A DNA stretch of 37,346 nucleotides, taken from assembly GCA_964638435.1 (NCBI GenBank), contig CAZXAY010000004.1, forward strand, positions 1 to 37,346, read 5' to 3'. This document shows positions 7,109 to 16,488 of the stretch, in pieces (the stretch's first letter is position 1; every line of letters begins with the position of its first letter). A program made the position numbers and the translations under genes. This stretch comes from an uncultured Candidatus Saccharibacteria bacterium (lineage in GTDB: Bacteria; Patescibacteriota; UBA1384; JAMDBS01; CAZXAY01). Under the pieces are notes generated by a model. It ran no database searches, was not told the origin of the DNA, and was given only the letters and a program-made list of their open reading frames with translations.

Positions 7109-8465
7109 AAATCTCCGTCATCCATTTCTTGCCAATTATTTTTGCTCCAGTTTTTAGTGAAGCCAAAAAGGATGATCTAAACATCTCACTCATTAAAGTT
7201 TTTTTGACTGGATCCAATTTTAAAAACGTACCGATAAATCTTCTCATTACATTGTGAGATATGCTTGAAGGGTCATCAAATATCTGATTTTGAAGTGTTC
7301 CTCGTTCCAAGCATTGTAAAACTACTCTCTCAAATGTTGTGTCAGGATGCAAGACCCTTTGTTTACGCTTAACAAGTTTGGCAGCACCTTTGGGACATTT
7401 TAACCCGCAAACCCCGCAACCTAAACATCGCGATTCATCTATTACTGGCTTTTGTTTTTTAATCTCGACTTGTCCAGAGTATTTTCGAGGAAGCGAAGTC
7501 GAGATACCTGACTTTGGATCAGTTTCTGGTTGCATTGTTATGGCATTAACTGGACAAATTTTGGCACAAACCCCGCACCCATTACATTTATCATCATCTA
7601 TACTGTTAATAAACGTTGAAGTGACAATAATATTTTGTCCGCCGTATTTATTGTAAGCTGCCAGTCCTGTACAACAACATTTACAACAATGACAGATAAA
7701 ACCTACATTATTTTTAACATTATCAGCGTTTAGTACTAATCCTAGATGCTTGGAACGTTCAAGATTTTCTAACATTTCTTCTTTAGACACTTCCTTACCA
7801 AATTTATGGCGAATAGCCATCTCGGCCCATCTGTCAAATGACGAGCAAGTGTCAAGTGGATTGGTACACTTCCTAATACCTAGGTGGGTTTTCTCATGTC
7901 TGCAAGCGCAAGTGCTAATAGCAAATTTACTAGATTGCTTAATAATCGCACGGGCTTTTTCATAATCTAAAATCTCATTGTAAAATGACTCTTTTATAGA
8001 TTCTTCGTGTGGCAAGGTTCTTAAAATCGAAATTTTTTTATCTTTTCCAAAATTTTTCTTGATAATCTCGGGATTATTCTCTAAATAATCATAAAATAAT
8101 TTAGCTAATACATCAGTATGAACATTGCCCCCTGTTCTCATTAATGTAAATTCAAAAAATCCAATAATAATTGGCGAGGGAAGATAATAATACTCATTGT
8201 TAACAAAAAAATCCATAATTAAGCCTTTGCTGCAGGCTGTATCTAGGATTTTTTTTACTTTATCTTCGCTATATTTTGTAACAGAAACTAATCTATTTAA
8301 ATTCGACAGATTATATGGCATTTTAATAACAAATTCTGCTTCCTCCTTAGAATAAAGAAGTTTAAGAATCTCATATAATTTTTTAGTCCTGGGAGTATGA
8401 GCCGTTAAATTATCAATCTTTTCTCCCAAAAGCTCATATAAATCCTTACCAACCATGTGACCCAT
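7107..8465 (-). CDS. 4Fe-4S dicluster domain protein
   Basis: CNGCGVCAKICP and CLGCGVCGLKCP are ferredoxin motifs. There is also a CHCCKCCC cluster. Confidence 0.75.
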   Translation of the reverse strand: MGHMVGKDLYELLGEKIDNLTAHTPRTKKLYEILKLLYSKEEAEFVIKMPYNLSNLNRLVSVTKYSEDKVKKILDTACSKGLIMDFFVNNEYYYLPSPIIIGFFEFTLMRTGGNVHTDVLAKLFYDYLENNPEIIKKNFGKDKKISILRTLPHEESIKESFYNEILDYEKARAIIKQSSKFAISTCACRHEKTHLGIRKCTNPLDTCSSFDRWAEMAIRHKFGKEVSKEEMLENLERSKHLGLVLNADNVKNNVGFICHCCKCCCTGLAAYNKYGGQNIIVTSTFINSIDDDKCNGCGVCAKICPVNAITMQPETDPKSGISTSLPRKYSGQVEIKKQKPVIDESRCLGCGVCGLKCPKGAAKLVKRKQRVLHPDTTFERVVLQCLERGTLQNQIFDDPSSISHNVMRRFIGTFLKLDPVKKTLMSEMFRSSFLASLKTGAKIIGKKWMTEI

Positions 8466-8474
8466 AAAAACCTC

Positions 8475-8498
8475 ACAAGTTACACGTTACAAGTATTG
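8475..8498. repeat. degenerate GTTACA word repeat
   Basis: ACAAGTTACACGTTACAAGTATTG lies between two co-directional genes. Confidence 0.5.
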
Positions 8499-8501
8499 CG
8501 A

Positions 8502-9659
8502 TTATTTCTTGTATTCCAATGAAAGCATGATAAACAAAAATTTAGTTATTCGGTATAAATTTGGCAAATAAACAATAAAGATATTTTTTAGATTGGCTGG
8601 AACGGGCATAGTATGATCAAAAGCACTGATTAAAACCAAAACTGATTGTGTCTTGTGTTTAACCAAATCATACAATTTAACTGATTCGGTATATGGGATA
8701 AGATGATCTTTTGTTGAGTGTAGTATTAGAGTGGGAATCATAGGAAAGTTACTCTTATAGCTTGGAGATAAATCATTAAAATATTTATGAACTCTGTCAG
8801 GTAATTTGCTATATCTATCGGTAAATTCTTGGTCGTTACTACTTTGATACCAATTAATAATTTTGTTACCATCATCACTTATATCAGGTGATATTTTTAA
8901 TAATCGCTTGAGAAAATTAGTTCCATCAGCGTTCTTAGATATATCTGTAAAAAAAATTTTATCTTTATTATCACTACTCCAAGATGCAGCAGTTTTAAGC
9001 ATTACATCATAAGCATATGGTTCGGGTTCTAATATACCCTTAATCTTTTTATACTCAAATTTTTTAGTGATTAACGTCTTGATAGTTTCTAACAAATCGA
9101 TGAAACCGCTAATTAACGCCACGAATTTAATATCTTTTTCTAAATTATGTTTTTTAATAGATATTAAGGCTGGTCCAGCCCCATAACTTACCGCCACCAC
9201 CCCAATTTTTTCATCCAGAACGTATGGATATTTTTTAAACCATTTTAAAGATGTGGCAAAATCATCAATATCAGTTAAATAAATGTTGCCAAAACCCCGC
9301 TCTGGCCAAAAAGGCGCTGTTACAGTGTAACCCAAACGAGCTAAACCTTTTAAAAAATTTACAACTAACGGATTACGTCTTCCCTCATCAGCAAGTGGCG
9401 CAAAAACAATCATTCCTGAATATTTTTTATTATTTTTTGGCCGATAGACATCAGAAATTATTGTTCGTCCATATGACTCAAACTTGTTTTCCTCGATGAT
9501 AATTGGTCGGCTAAACCAATTTGGGAAGTGCCATTTGCGATAGGGAAACATTATTATCAAATAAAAAACTAAACTTTTTTTTATTAAACTTCCAACTCGA
9601 GTAAAATACAAAAAAAGTAGTATGGCAATAATTAATATTATGATTGTTTGATAGCTCAT
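8502..9659 (-). CDS. membrane-anchored alpha/beta-hydrolase-like protein
   Basis: There is an N-terminal TM segment. VAVSYGAG is a nucleophile-elbow-like motif and LILHSTKDHLIP lies near the C-terminus. Confidence 0.55.
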   Translation of the reverse strand: MSYQTIIILIIAILLFLYFTRVGSLIKKSLVFYLIIMFPYRKWHFPNWFSRPIIIEENKFESYGRTIISDVYRPKNNKKYSGMIVFAPLADEGRRNPLVVNFLKGLARLGYTVTAPFWPERGFGNIYLTDIDDFATSLKWFKKYPYVLDEKIGVVAVSYGAGPALISIKKHNLEKDIKFVALISGFIDLLETIKTLITKKFEYKKIKGILEPEPYAYDVMLKTAASWSSDNKDKIFFTDISKNADGTNFLKRLLKISPDISDDGNKIINWYQSSNDQEFTDRYSKLPDRVHKYFNDLSPSYKSNFPMIPTLILHSTKDHLIPYTESVKLYDLVKHKTQSVLVLISAFDHTMPVPANLKNIFIVYLPNLYRITKFLFIMLSLEYKK

Positions 9660-9849
9660 CCCAGTATATCAACTTTCAGTTAAATTTTTATTAATGTTTT
9701 ATATCTACCAAGTCACCATCATTTATTAAACCTCGTTACATAATTGAACTTCTCAAAAAATTTAATAAGTTTTGAAACATTTTGAAAGTTGTATTACTGG
9801 GTCATATATTACACTTTAAACATACATCTAAAACTACACGTAATCAATA

Positions 9850-11289
9850 TTATCTTTCAAAATCAGTTGCTGCAGAAGTAAAATTCCATGGACCGCTACC
9901 ACAAGAATCTGCTTGTTTTTCGATTTTAAGTGTTACGGAGTTAGTAAGTTGCATAATTATTTTGCCTGACAAATAATTCGGCTCAAAGCAATAAGCATTA
10001 CCGTCAGATGTAATGTCATCAAAATCTCTATTTACTAATCCCGATGATTGTGGACTAAATTGATAGGTTCCGCTAGATAATCCACTAGCACTCATAGAAG
10101 TACCTACAGAAAATACCGCCTGCGCTGGGTCAATATTATCATGTACTAAGGCTAAATGCGGATCTTCGCTGGAAAATGTGGTGGTTCCTGCTACAAACCA
10201 ATTCCCTTGAGTAGTCCCTGCCACATCCTGCTCTATAGTACCACAAATTGGGTCAACTGTTCTTTTAGGATTGCCATCATAATCACCAAAACGATTCGTT
10301 AAAGTAGTCTTTAGATCACTAGAATAATAGTTTATCGGACAAACTGTATGAGTAGTATCACTTCTCTGACTCCACCGAGACAAATTAGCAAAATTTAGTG
10401 TAATTCGACTATCATAAGCATTCATATCCAATGCCATTTGTCCAGCGTTACCTCCAACTGTACCTATTTGCTCGCCAGCAGTAATAGTCAAACTAACATT
10501 TTTGCCGTAATTACGATAAGTTTTTCCTCCAGTCGAATAAGTGCTATCCCATTGATAAGGAGCGCTAAGCGCTTGGCTCAATTTATCTGCAAGCGCAGAA
10601 ACATGACCAAATTGTGCCTTAAATTCATTACATGGTTGAAAGGTAAAGGTATAATCAGTAAATCCATCTGTCACATGCTCACTAGCTGATATCTGGATCA
10701 CCGTTGCATCACCAGGAGAATAAAGATTATAACTTGATAAATAATTTGTTAAATAAAAATATATATGATCAGTAGGGAAAACGTGACCTGATGGGTTAAG
10801 ATTACCCAAAGGAGTAATGCTAGTATAGTCAGATTCATTAAGTGGTGAAGTAGTAAAAAACGAGTAATTTGACTCGCATGATGGTAAGCTGGATGAACTC
10901 CCATTATCAACCCCAGAACTACCAGAACTTGATCCACTAGATGAGCTCGAGCTACCAGAACCATTACTTGAGCTTCTTGATGATGTATTTGATGTTTTAT
11001 TGCTAGTTCCAGGAGTTTGTTGATTATTTGTTGTGTCAGTAGCGATATCACTACTTATTGCTGGCAACGAGTTTTCCGTTTGCTCAATTGCTTTTTCATT
11101 AACTAGTACTGCATTCTTTTTATTAATACCTGTATAAATTTTATTAACAACTTCTTTGGCCGCAATATAAGTAATTGGTGACAATATTAAACCACTAGTA
11201 ATTATCAAAATTAAATTCCGCTGGGGGTTCAACCAGATAAGATTTTTAAATATTCTAAATTGGTTAACTACTTGCGTCCAAATTAACAA
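9850..11289 (-). CDS. membrane-anchored/secreted protein with a Ser/Gly-rich linker, unknown
   Basis: It has a TTG start and an N-terminal TM segment. The linker is SSRSSSNGSGSSSSSSGSSSGSSG. The C-terminal region is beta-rich. Confidence 0.6.
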   Translation of the reverse strand: MLIWTQVVNQFRIFKNLIWLNPQRNLILIITSGLILSPITYIAAKEVVNKIYTGINKKNAVLVNEKAIEQTENSLPAISSDIATDTTNNQQTPGTSNKTSNTSSRSSSNGSGSSSSSSGSSSGSSGVDNGSSSSLPSCESNYSFFTTSPLNESDYTSITPLGNLNPSGHVFPTDHIYFYLTNYLSSYNLYSPGDATVIQISASEHVTDGFTDYTFTFQPCNEFKAQFGHVSALADKLSQALSAPYQWDSTYSTGGKTYRNYGKNVSLTITAGEQIGTVGGNAGQMALDMNAYDSRITLNFANLSRWSQRSDTTHTVCPINYYSSDLKTTLTNRFGDYDGNPKRTVDPICGTIEQDVAGTTQGNWFVAGTTTFSSEDPHLALVHDNIDPAQAVFSVGTSMSASGLSSGTYQFSPQSSGLVNRDFDDITSDGNAYCFEPNYLSGKIIMQLTNSVTLKIEKQADSCGSGPWNFTSAATDFER

Positions 11290-11311
11290 ATGCCCCCTAT
11301 AATAATTGTAC

Positions 11312-11428
11312 GACTTACGCGTTTGATGTCATTCTGACCCGCCCTCAGGGCGAGGGAAAAATCTCATCGAGATCCTTCATCCGTCGGCTGGCGGATTCAG
11401 GATGACAACACTGAAGCCACGTAAGTCC
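11312..11428. repeat. nested-hairpin repeat element E2 (inverted relative to E1)
   Basis: GACTTACGCGTTTGATGTCATTCTG, TCTCATCGAGATCCTTCA and TTCAGGATGACAAC..CGTAAGTCC match the reverse complement of 3078-3222. Confidence 0.85.
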
Positions 11429-11439
11429 TAAACTGAAAA

Positions 11440-11784
11440 TTATATTGTGGCCAATATTATTAACGTAATAATAACCAGTAAAAACAACCATCCTAAAGTT
11501 GCTAGTAAGAATCTAATTGCCTCTTTTTTGCCTGTACCGAGAGAAGTCGAGGTATTACCATCCAAATACATTATAACTGGTTTACCCAGAATTAAAATTC
11601 CACAAACTCCTGTTGAGAGTACAAATAGCATTAAAATAGCAAAAACACCCCAAATGCTGTCATTTTGTCCAAACCACTTCTCACCATTTTGCATAATGTT
11701 TACTACTACAAAAACATAAACTGCTATTCCCAGTGCATGCAAAAAACTATTTCTGCAAATGTTAACCTTTTTGTCGTTAGACAT
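11440..11784 (-). CDS. small membrane protein (3 TM), unknown
   Basis: It has three hydrophobic segments and an RBS GGAGG. Confidence 0.6.
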   Translation of the reverse strand: MSNDKKVNICRNSFLHALGIAVYVFVVVNIMQNGEKWFGQNDSIWGVFAILMLFVLSTGVCGILILGKPVIMYLDGNTSTSLGTGKKEAIRFLLATLGWLFLLVIITLIILATI

Positions 11785-11831
11785 TTTACCTCCATAATTT
11801 AATAACTTATAACTTAAATCAAAAATATAGC

Positions 11832-12599
11832 TTATTTAAAATACCTAACATTACCTTTACCATATGACTTTCCACCACCAGGAGGATATTTATATTTACT
11901 CGCATCTTTTTCTTCTTTTATTTCAGTAAGTGATGGTGACCTCTTTAACGAATCTTCACGTATTTTTTTATATTCCATATCCTCCTTCATAGCCCTATCG
12001 GAATTTTCATTTTTTACTCTCAATTTATATTCATCCATATTATCACGTGAGTTATTTTGATCATTATCTGATCCTCTTTGTAACTCATAATTTTCTCTTT
12101 CCTCAGAATATATTGGATATTCTAACTTTTGGTTATCAACTTCTTCACCCAATCCTTTGTTAATTCCTTCCTTCAACTCACTCAACTCTTTTTTAATTAA
12201 CAACCGTTTTTGTTTACTTGTTGGATCCCAATTCATTGACGTTTCCCTTTTATTTTTACTACCAATTAGCGGCCTCTCACGCAATCCTTTATTATCATGC
12301 TTATTTGCATGACCTTCATTATCAAACTCTAAAATATCTGTAACACGTTCTTGACCTCTACCGATAGATGGGTTTGGTCTTGTTACGTCATCGCTAGTAC
12401 CGTGCCCATAATGTAAACCAGTTTTATGAATTGGTGTACCTCTTTCAGGAATTGGAGCAACAAGATATTCATTACTTTCCTTTTCATTTTTTTGTTTCGC
12501 CTTAGACCATTCAATCCTTTTACGTTCTTCTTCGCGATCATCATGCTTTCTCTGAGCATCCGAATCAAAATTCCTTTTTTCGAAAGTTAATGTTTCCAT
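11832..12599 (-). CDS. highly charged low-complexity protein (E/K/R/D/N rich), unknown
   Basis: The start was moved to ATG 12599 (METLTFEK), preceded by GGAGG. Confidence 0.5.
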   Translation of the reverse strand: METLTFEKRNFDSDAQRKHDDREEERKRIEWSKAKQKNEKESNEYLVAPIPERGTPIHKTGLHYGHGTSDDVTRPNPSIGRGQERVTDILEFDNEGHANKHDNKGLRERPLIGSKNKRETSMNWDPTSKQKRLLIKKELSELKEGINKGLGEEVDNQKLEYPIYSEERENYELQRGSDNDQNNSRDNMDEYKLRVKNENSDRAMKEDMEYKKIREDSLKRSPSLTEIKEEKDASKYKYPPGGGKSYGKGNVRYFK

Positions 12600-12617
12600 C
12601 TTTGCCTCCAAACAATT

Positions 12618-13055
12618 TCAACCTATTGATTTTTTTATAATGCTAATACACTCCGCCTCATCTTGAACCAAATTAATCTTTAAAACATCCCTAACCCTAA
12701 CCCATTGATAATCTTGACGCTCTTTAGTATTAATTACAATTCTAGGTTCTAAATCCAATTTAACACTAAATAAATGATAAATAAAATCAAATTTTGGGTG
12801 TCTTACATAAACTTTATTATAATATTTCAATTTATTTTTGTCTAACTTTAACCCTGTTTCCTCTTGAACTTCTCTCAATAACTCAATAACTAAATTCTTG
12901 CTTTTGTCCGCCTTCCCTCCGGGCCTGCCCCATAAACCTCCGCGATTTTTATCATCATTTCTTTTTAACAATAATATTTTATCATCATAATAAATATAAC
13001 AACTTACTGCCTTTCCAATCGACTTAAAATCTTTAGGTGGCTTTATATAAAGCAT
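12618..13055 (-). CDS. NUDIX hydrolase
   Basis: The Nudix box is GGKADKSKNLVIELLREVQEETGL. Confidence 0.85.
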   Translation of the reverse strand: MLYIKPPKDFKSIGKAVSCYIYYDDKILLLKRNDDKNRGGLWGRPGGKADKSKNLVIELLREVQEETGLKLDKNKLKYYNKVYVRHPKFDFIYHLFSVKLDLEPRIVINTKERQDYQWVRVRDVLKINLVQDEAECISIIKKSIG

Positions 13056-13062
13056 ATTTAAA

Positions 13063-13485
13063 TTACTTCTTGTATTTTAACCAAATAATCCTAATTAGTC
13101 CTATGGTTATTAATATAGCTAAAGTAATTGTTGTTGCAATATCAGGCACGTTGATTCCAACTTCTCCAAGATAATGGCGTACAAAACCACTTGAATAAGA
13201 TGGCAAATTTGCTTGCACTCTAATATTTTTCTCTAATGTTGTTAAAAAACAAGCACCAGTAATTATGAATGATAATGCTGTTAATCCTCCCAAAACTATA
13301 AAAATATTTTCTAGCTTCGGATAACGTTTTTTACTAAACAAAAACATTGGCCCGCCTAGCAAGCCAATCATAACTAAACCATGAAATATTGCAACAAAAT
13401 TTGCTAATGTTTGCATACATTTTTTGATTACACTTTCAACTAAATCTACTATTTCTTTATTGAAATACTCAATTTTTAAACACAT
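13063..13485 (-). CDS. membrane protein, DUF2784-like
   Basis: It has TM segments, and GACFLTTLEKNIR resembles the CPLT.LE..LR motif as recalled from memory. The start may instead be M24 at 13416. Confidence 0.45.
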   Translation of the reverse strand: MCLKIEYFNKEIVDLVESVIKKCMQTLANFVAIFHGLVMIGLLGGPMFLFSKKRYPKLENIFIVLGGLTALSFIITGACFLTTLEKNIRVQANLPSYSSGFVRHYLGEVGINVPDIATTITLAILITIGLIRIIWLKYKK

Positions 13486-13712
13486 ACCAAATCAGATTTT
13501 ATTAAATTACTTTCAGTTATCAATTTTTCTTTTTCTCTCCTTTTTAGTGATTTGATAACAAATTCTTCTCTTCTGGCCTCACTTTGCGAATATCCTTCGG
13601 CATTATAACATAATTTTACTGGCAATCTTCCCGATGTATATTTTGCACCTTTTTTATTATTATGTGCTTTTATCCTTTTTTCTAGATTAGTCGTAATCCC
13701 AGTATAATACAT
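13476..13712 (-). CDS. GIY-YIG nuclease minigene, N-terminally eroded
   Basis: YYTGITTNLEKRIKAHNNKKGAKYTSGRLPVKL is present. The expected MNKKWYV.. N-terminus lies just upstream in another frame (ATGAATAAAAAATGGTATGTA), and the GIY strand is missing. Confidence 0.6.
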   Translation of the reverse strand: MYYTGITTNLEKRIKAHNNKKGAKYTSGRLPVKLCYNAEGYSQSEARREEFVIKSLKRREKEKLITESNLIKSDLVCV

Positions 13713-13743
13713 ACCATTTTTTATTCATGATAATTTATTTGGA

Positions 13744-14213
13744 TTATTCTTTCTTTTTAAGATTATTCTTCCCTTTCGCACTTGCCAACGCTTGCAAGGC
13801 GACTTTGTCAAAATCAGTATCTTTTGTCGCCTCGACTTTATTATAGTTAATAAACTTTTTATCAGCAATTTCTTGCATTAGTTCATGAGATATTTTACCG
13901 GCATCTTGCAATATATTGCGATTGTTAATTGTTAAAAATCCATGTTATAATATTCTAGATCTCGCGAAACCTCACGCGAGCCTTCTTTTTGAACTGTAAA
14001 GAATTTCTTTACAGTTGAATTTTCCGACAGTTCTTCATCTTCTACTATATTTTTTATATGTTGGCCTATATTCTGCTTTGTCGTCTGAAAAAGCTCAGCT
14101 AAAGCATTTTGTGTAAGCCACACAGTATAGCCATCAAAACGCACATCAATTTTGGTCTCCCCAGTTGGTGATTTGTAAATAACTATTTGTGATTTTTTAT
14201 CATTTTTTTTCAT
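13744..14213 (-). pseudogene. RhuM-family remnant (N-terminal about 90 aa plus C-terminal about 60 aa in another frame; middle deleted)
   Basis: 13932-14213 (IVIYKSPTGETKIDVRFDGYTVWLTQNALAELF...YYN) parallels the N-terminus of the neighbouring full gene. 13744-13925 reads NILQDAGKISHELMQEIADKKFINYNKVE, which parallels its C-terminus. Confidence 0.6.
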
Positions 14214-14265
14214 AATTCTTTATTTTTTAATACCAACCTACTAATAATTTTATTGTGAATATTGT

Positions 14266-15315
14266 TCATAGTGTTGTAGTTGGTTTGATATTTGGTTTTT
14301 TAACCTTTTTTTCAACCTTTTTCTGGATTGTTTTAATCGTATCTAAATATGACTTTTCTACTGGACTCAAAATTTGTGTTTGATATTTTTTATACTCTGC
14401 TTCAGCTTTCTTTGTCGCCTCAGCATGACTCACGAAACCAGCTTCTGTAAGAATTTTTTTATCAAATACACCTATTAGCTTATCGAGTCGGACAATCCAA
14501 TCCTTCATATATGTCGGTTCATGATCCATTACTTTTACTTCCGCTAGATCAAAAAAGGCTGAAACCATGTTATTCAATACTTTTAACTCTTTTTCTGTAA
14601 GATAATTTTTCGCGATTACAATATCTTTTTTGCTTACACCGTTGTTTGAAAAACTCAGCAAACCCATAAATGGCTTGCCCGCATTAGCTCGCAGGGTAAT
14701 GACCTCGGCGGCGGTGTTGCCATGTGTAGCGTAGTGAAGTTTATTTTGTATGATTTTGAAAAACTTTATAGATTCTAAGGCTTTTGGGTTGTAATCAAGA
14801 CTAGTGGCATACAAATCAAGCACCTGACGATAAAGCACCTTTTCACTACTACGAATATCGCGAATACGATCAAGTAGCTCATACCAATATTTCCCACTAC
14901 CACTTTCTTTGAGAAAATCGTCATTCATGGTGAAACCTTTGATGATGTATTCACGAAGCCGTGTGGTTGCCCAAATACGAAACTGGGTCCCTTGAAGCGA
15001 TTTGACACGATATCCAACAGAAATAATTACATCAAGATTGTAGTATTTTACTTCTTTTTCCTGAGATTTCTCTTCAATTGCACCATGTTGAGTGGTATGT
15101 CGGAATTTCCGACACACCACTTTTTCATCTAATTCCCCTTCTTCAAATATATGAAAAATATGCTCAGTAATAGTTGTTCTCCCCTTACCAAAAAGTAATG
15201 CCATTTGCTCCTGTGTAAGCCAAACGGTTTCGTTTTCCATATGTACCTCAATACTCGGTGTTCCGTCGGCTGATTGGTAGATGATGATTTCGTTATTAGG
15301 TTGGTTGTTTTTCAT
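14266..15315 (-). CDS. RhuM-family (virulence RhuM-like) protein
   Basis: Motifs seen are IIIYQSADGTPSIEVHMENETVWLTQEQMALLF, YYNLDVIISVGYRVKS, TQFRIWAT and RDIRSSEK. The start was set at ATG 15315 to clear the tRNA. Confidence 0.7.
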   Translation of the reverse strand: MKNNQPNNEIIIYQSADGTPSIEVHMENETVWLTQEQMALLFGKGRTTITEHIFHIFEEGELDEKVVCRKFRHTTQHGAIEEKSQEKEVKYYNLDVIISVGYRVKSLQGTQFRIWATTRLREYIIKGFTMNDDFLKESGSGKYWYELLDRIRDIRSSEKVLYRQVLDLYATSLDYNPKALESIKFFKIIQNKLHYATHGNTAAEVITLRANAGKPFMGLLSFSNNGVSKKDIVIAKNYLTEKELKVLNNMVSAFFDLAEVKVMDHEPTYMKDWIVRLDKLIGVFDKKILTEAGFVSHAEATKKAEAEYKKYQTQILSPVEKSYLDTIKTIQKKVEKKVKKPNIKPTTTL

Positions 15316-15407
15316 AGAATTATTTGTTATCTTTACCCCGTTTTCACATATCGGTTTCGAACGGGCAGGCAAAGGCAACCTCTTTCAATTTCGCTGAATG
15401 TAAAACT

Positions 15408-15496
15408 TGGCGGAAGGGGAGGGATTCGAACCCTCGAAGCCTTGCGACTTACACGCTTTCCAAGCGTGCGCACTAGACCAACTATGCGACCCTTCC
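15408..15496 (-). tRNA. tRNA-Ser (anticodon GGA), long variable arm, CCA encoded
   Basis: The reverse complement reads GGAAGGG...CACGC-TTGGAAA-GCGTG, then a variable arm, then GAGGG-TTCGAAT-CCCTC-CCCTTCC-G-CCA. Confidence 0.85.
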
Positions 15497-15564
15497 AACT
15501 TGCCTTTTTTCTTCTTGTATTATAAGCTAAAAGTGAACCGTATGCAATATGATTTGGAGCTAGC

Positions 15565-16482
15565 ATGAACCCAGAAAATATACCACAAAATTTAGATATC
15601 AAATCAGAACGAACTGAAAATGGCATTTGGAAACCATCAATTTTTAAACCCTACTCAGATAAAATTGCCTTTGGTGGCAATACCGAAGATTTTAAAAAAA
15701 CTTTTTTTGCTAATGAAAAAAATATTTTCTTATTTTTACGTAACGAAGCTAGATTTAATGATACATTATCGACCGATGATCAAGAAAAACAAAAAATTGT
15801 CGAGATTGCGATTAAAAAGTTATTATTCCAATTAGATCCAAATCTCGACCCAAATAATATTGTGATGCCCGAATTAAATCATACAAGTAATGTAACTGTT
15901 ATTGATCAATCTTTTTTGGATATTAAATCAAGTGAACAAAATCTGGGTAAACGATTATTAATTAATGAATCTGATGGCTTAATCACAAATATCAAAGGTA
16001 TTCCCCTAATGATTTTAGGAGCCGATTGCCCACCTGTTATGGTATATGATTCAAAAAATGAGGCTATTGGACTATTCCATTCTGGGCGTAAAGGCGCAGC
16101 CGGTAATATCTCTGTTAAGGGTATAATGCAAATGATCGAAAAATATGGTACCAACCCAAATGATCTAAAAATTTCCATTGGCCCTTCCATAAGCCAAAGA
16201 AACTATGAAATCGAAAAAGATTTAGCACTAAAAGAATTTGGTGCCTTAGCATACTCGATATCTAAAAAAAGTCCGCCCAGGCCTGGCGATGATGTTGAAA
16301 GAGTACTCATTGATATCCAAGAAGCAGTAAAATATTCACTATTAAAAATTGGCGTTCCTAATAATCAAATATTTATTTCTGGCCTAGATACTACCGAAAA
16401 TAACAACTTATCATCTTTTAGACGCAATGGCAAATTAGCTGATCGTATGGCATTTATTTTAGCATTAAGAGAATCAAAATAA
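15565..16482 (+). CDS. pgeF: YfiH/PgeF-family (DUF152, laccase-domain) protein with an N-terminal extension
   Basis: Motifs seen are HTSNV, GADCPPV, LFHSGRKG and SSFRRNG. Confidence 0.7.
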   Translation: MNPENIPQNLDIKSERTENGIWKPSIFKPYSDKIAFGGNTEDFKKTFFANEKNIFLFLRNEARFNDTLSTDDQEKQKIVEIAIKKLLFQLDPNLDPNNIVMPELNHTSNVTVIDQSFLDIKSSEQNLGKRLLINESDGLITNIKGIPLMILGADCPPVMVYDSKNEAIGLFHSGRKGAAGNISVKGIMQMIEKYGTNPNDLKISIGPSISQRNYEIEKDLALKEFGALAYSISKKSPPRPGDDVERVLIDIQEAVKYSLLKIGVPNNQIFISGLDTTENNNLSSFRRNGKLADRMAFILALRESK

Positions 16483-16488
16483 CTGTTG

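Noticed and set aside
15274-15626. ORFs 15274-15525(+) and 15333-15626(-)
   Set aside because: Both run through the tRNA-Ser gene (15408-15496), so they are artefacts of the relatively GC-rich tRNA sequence.
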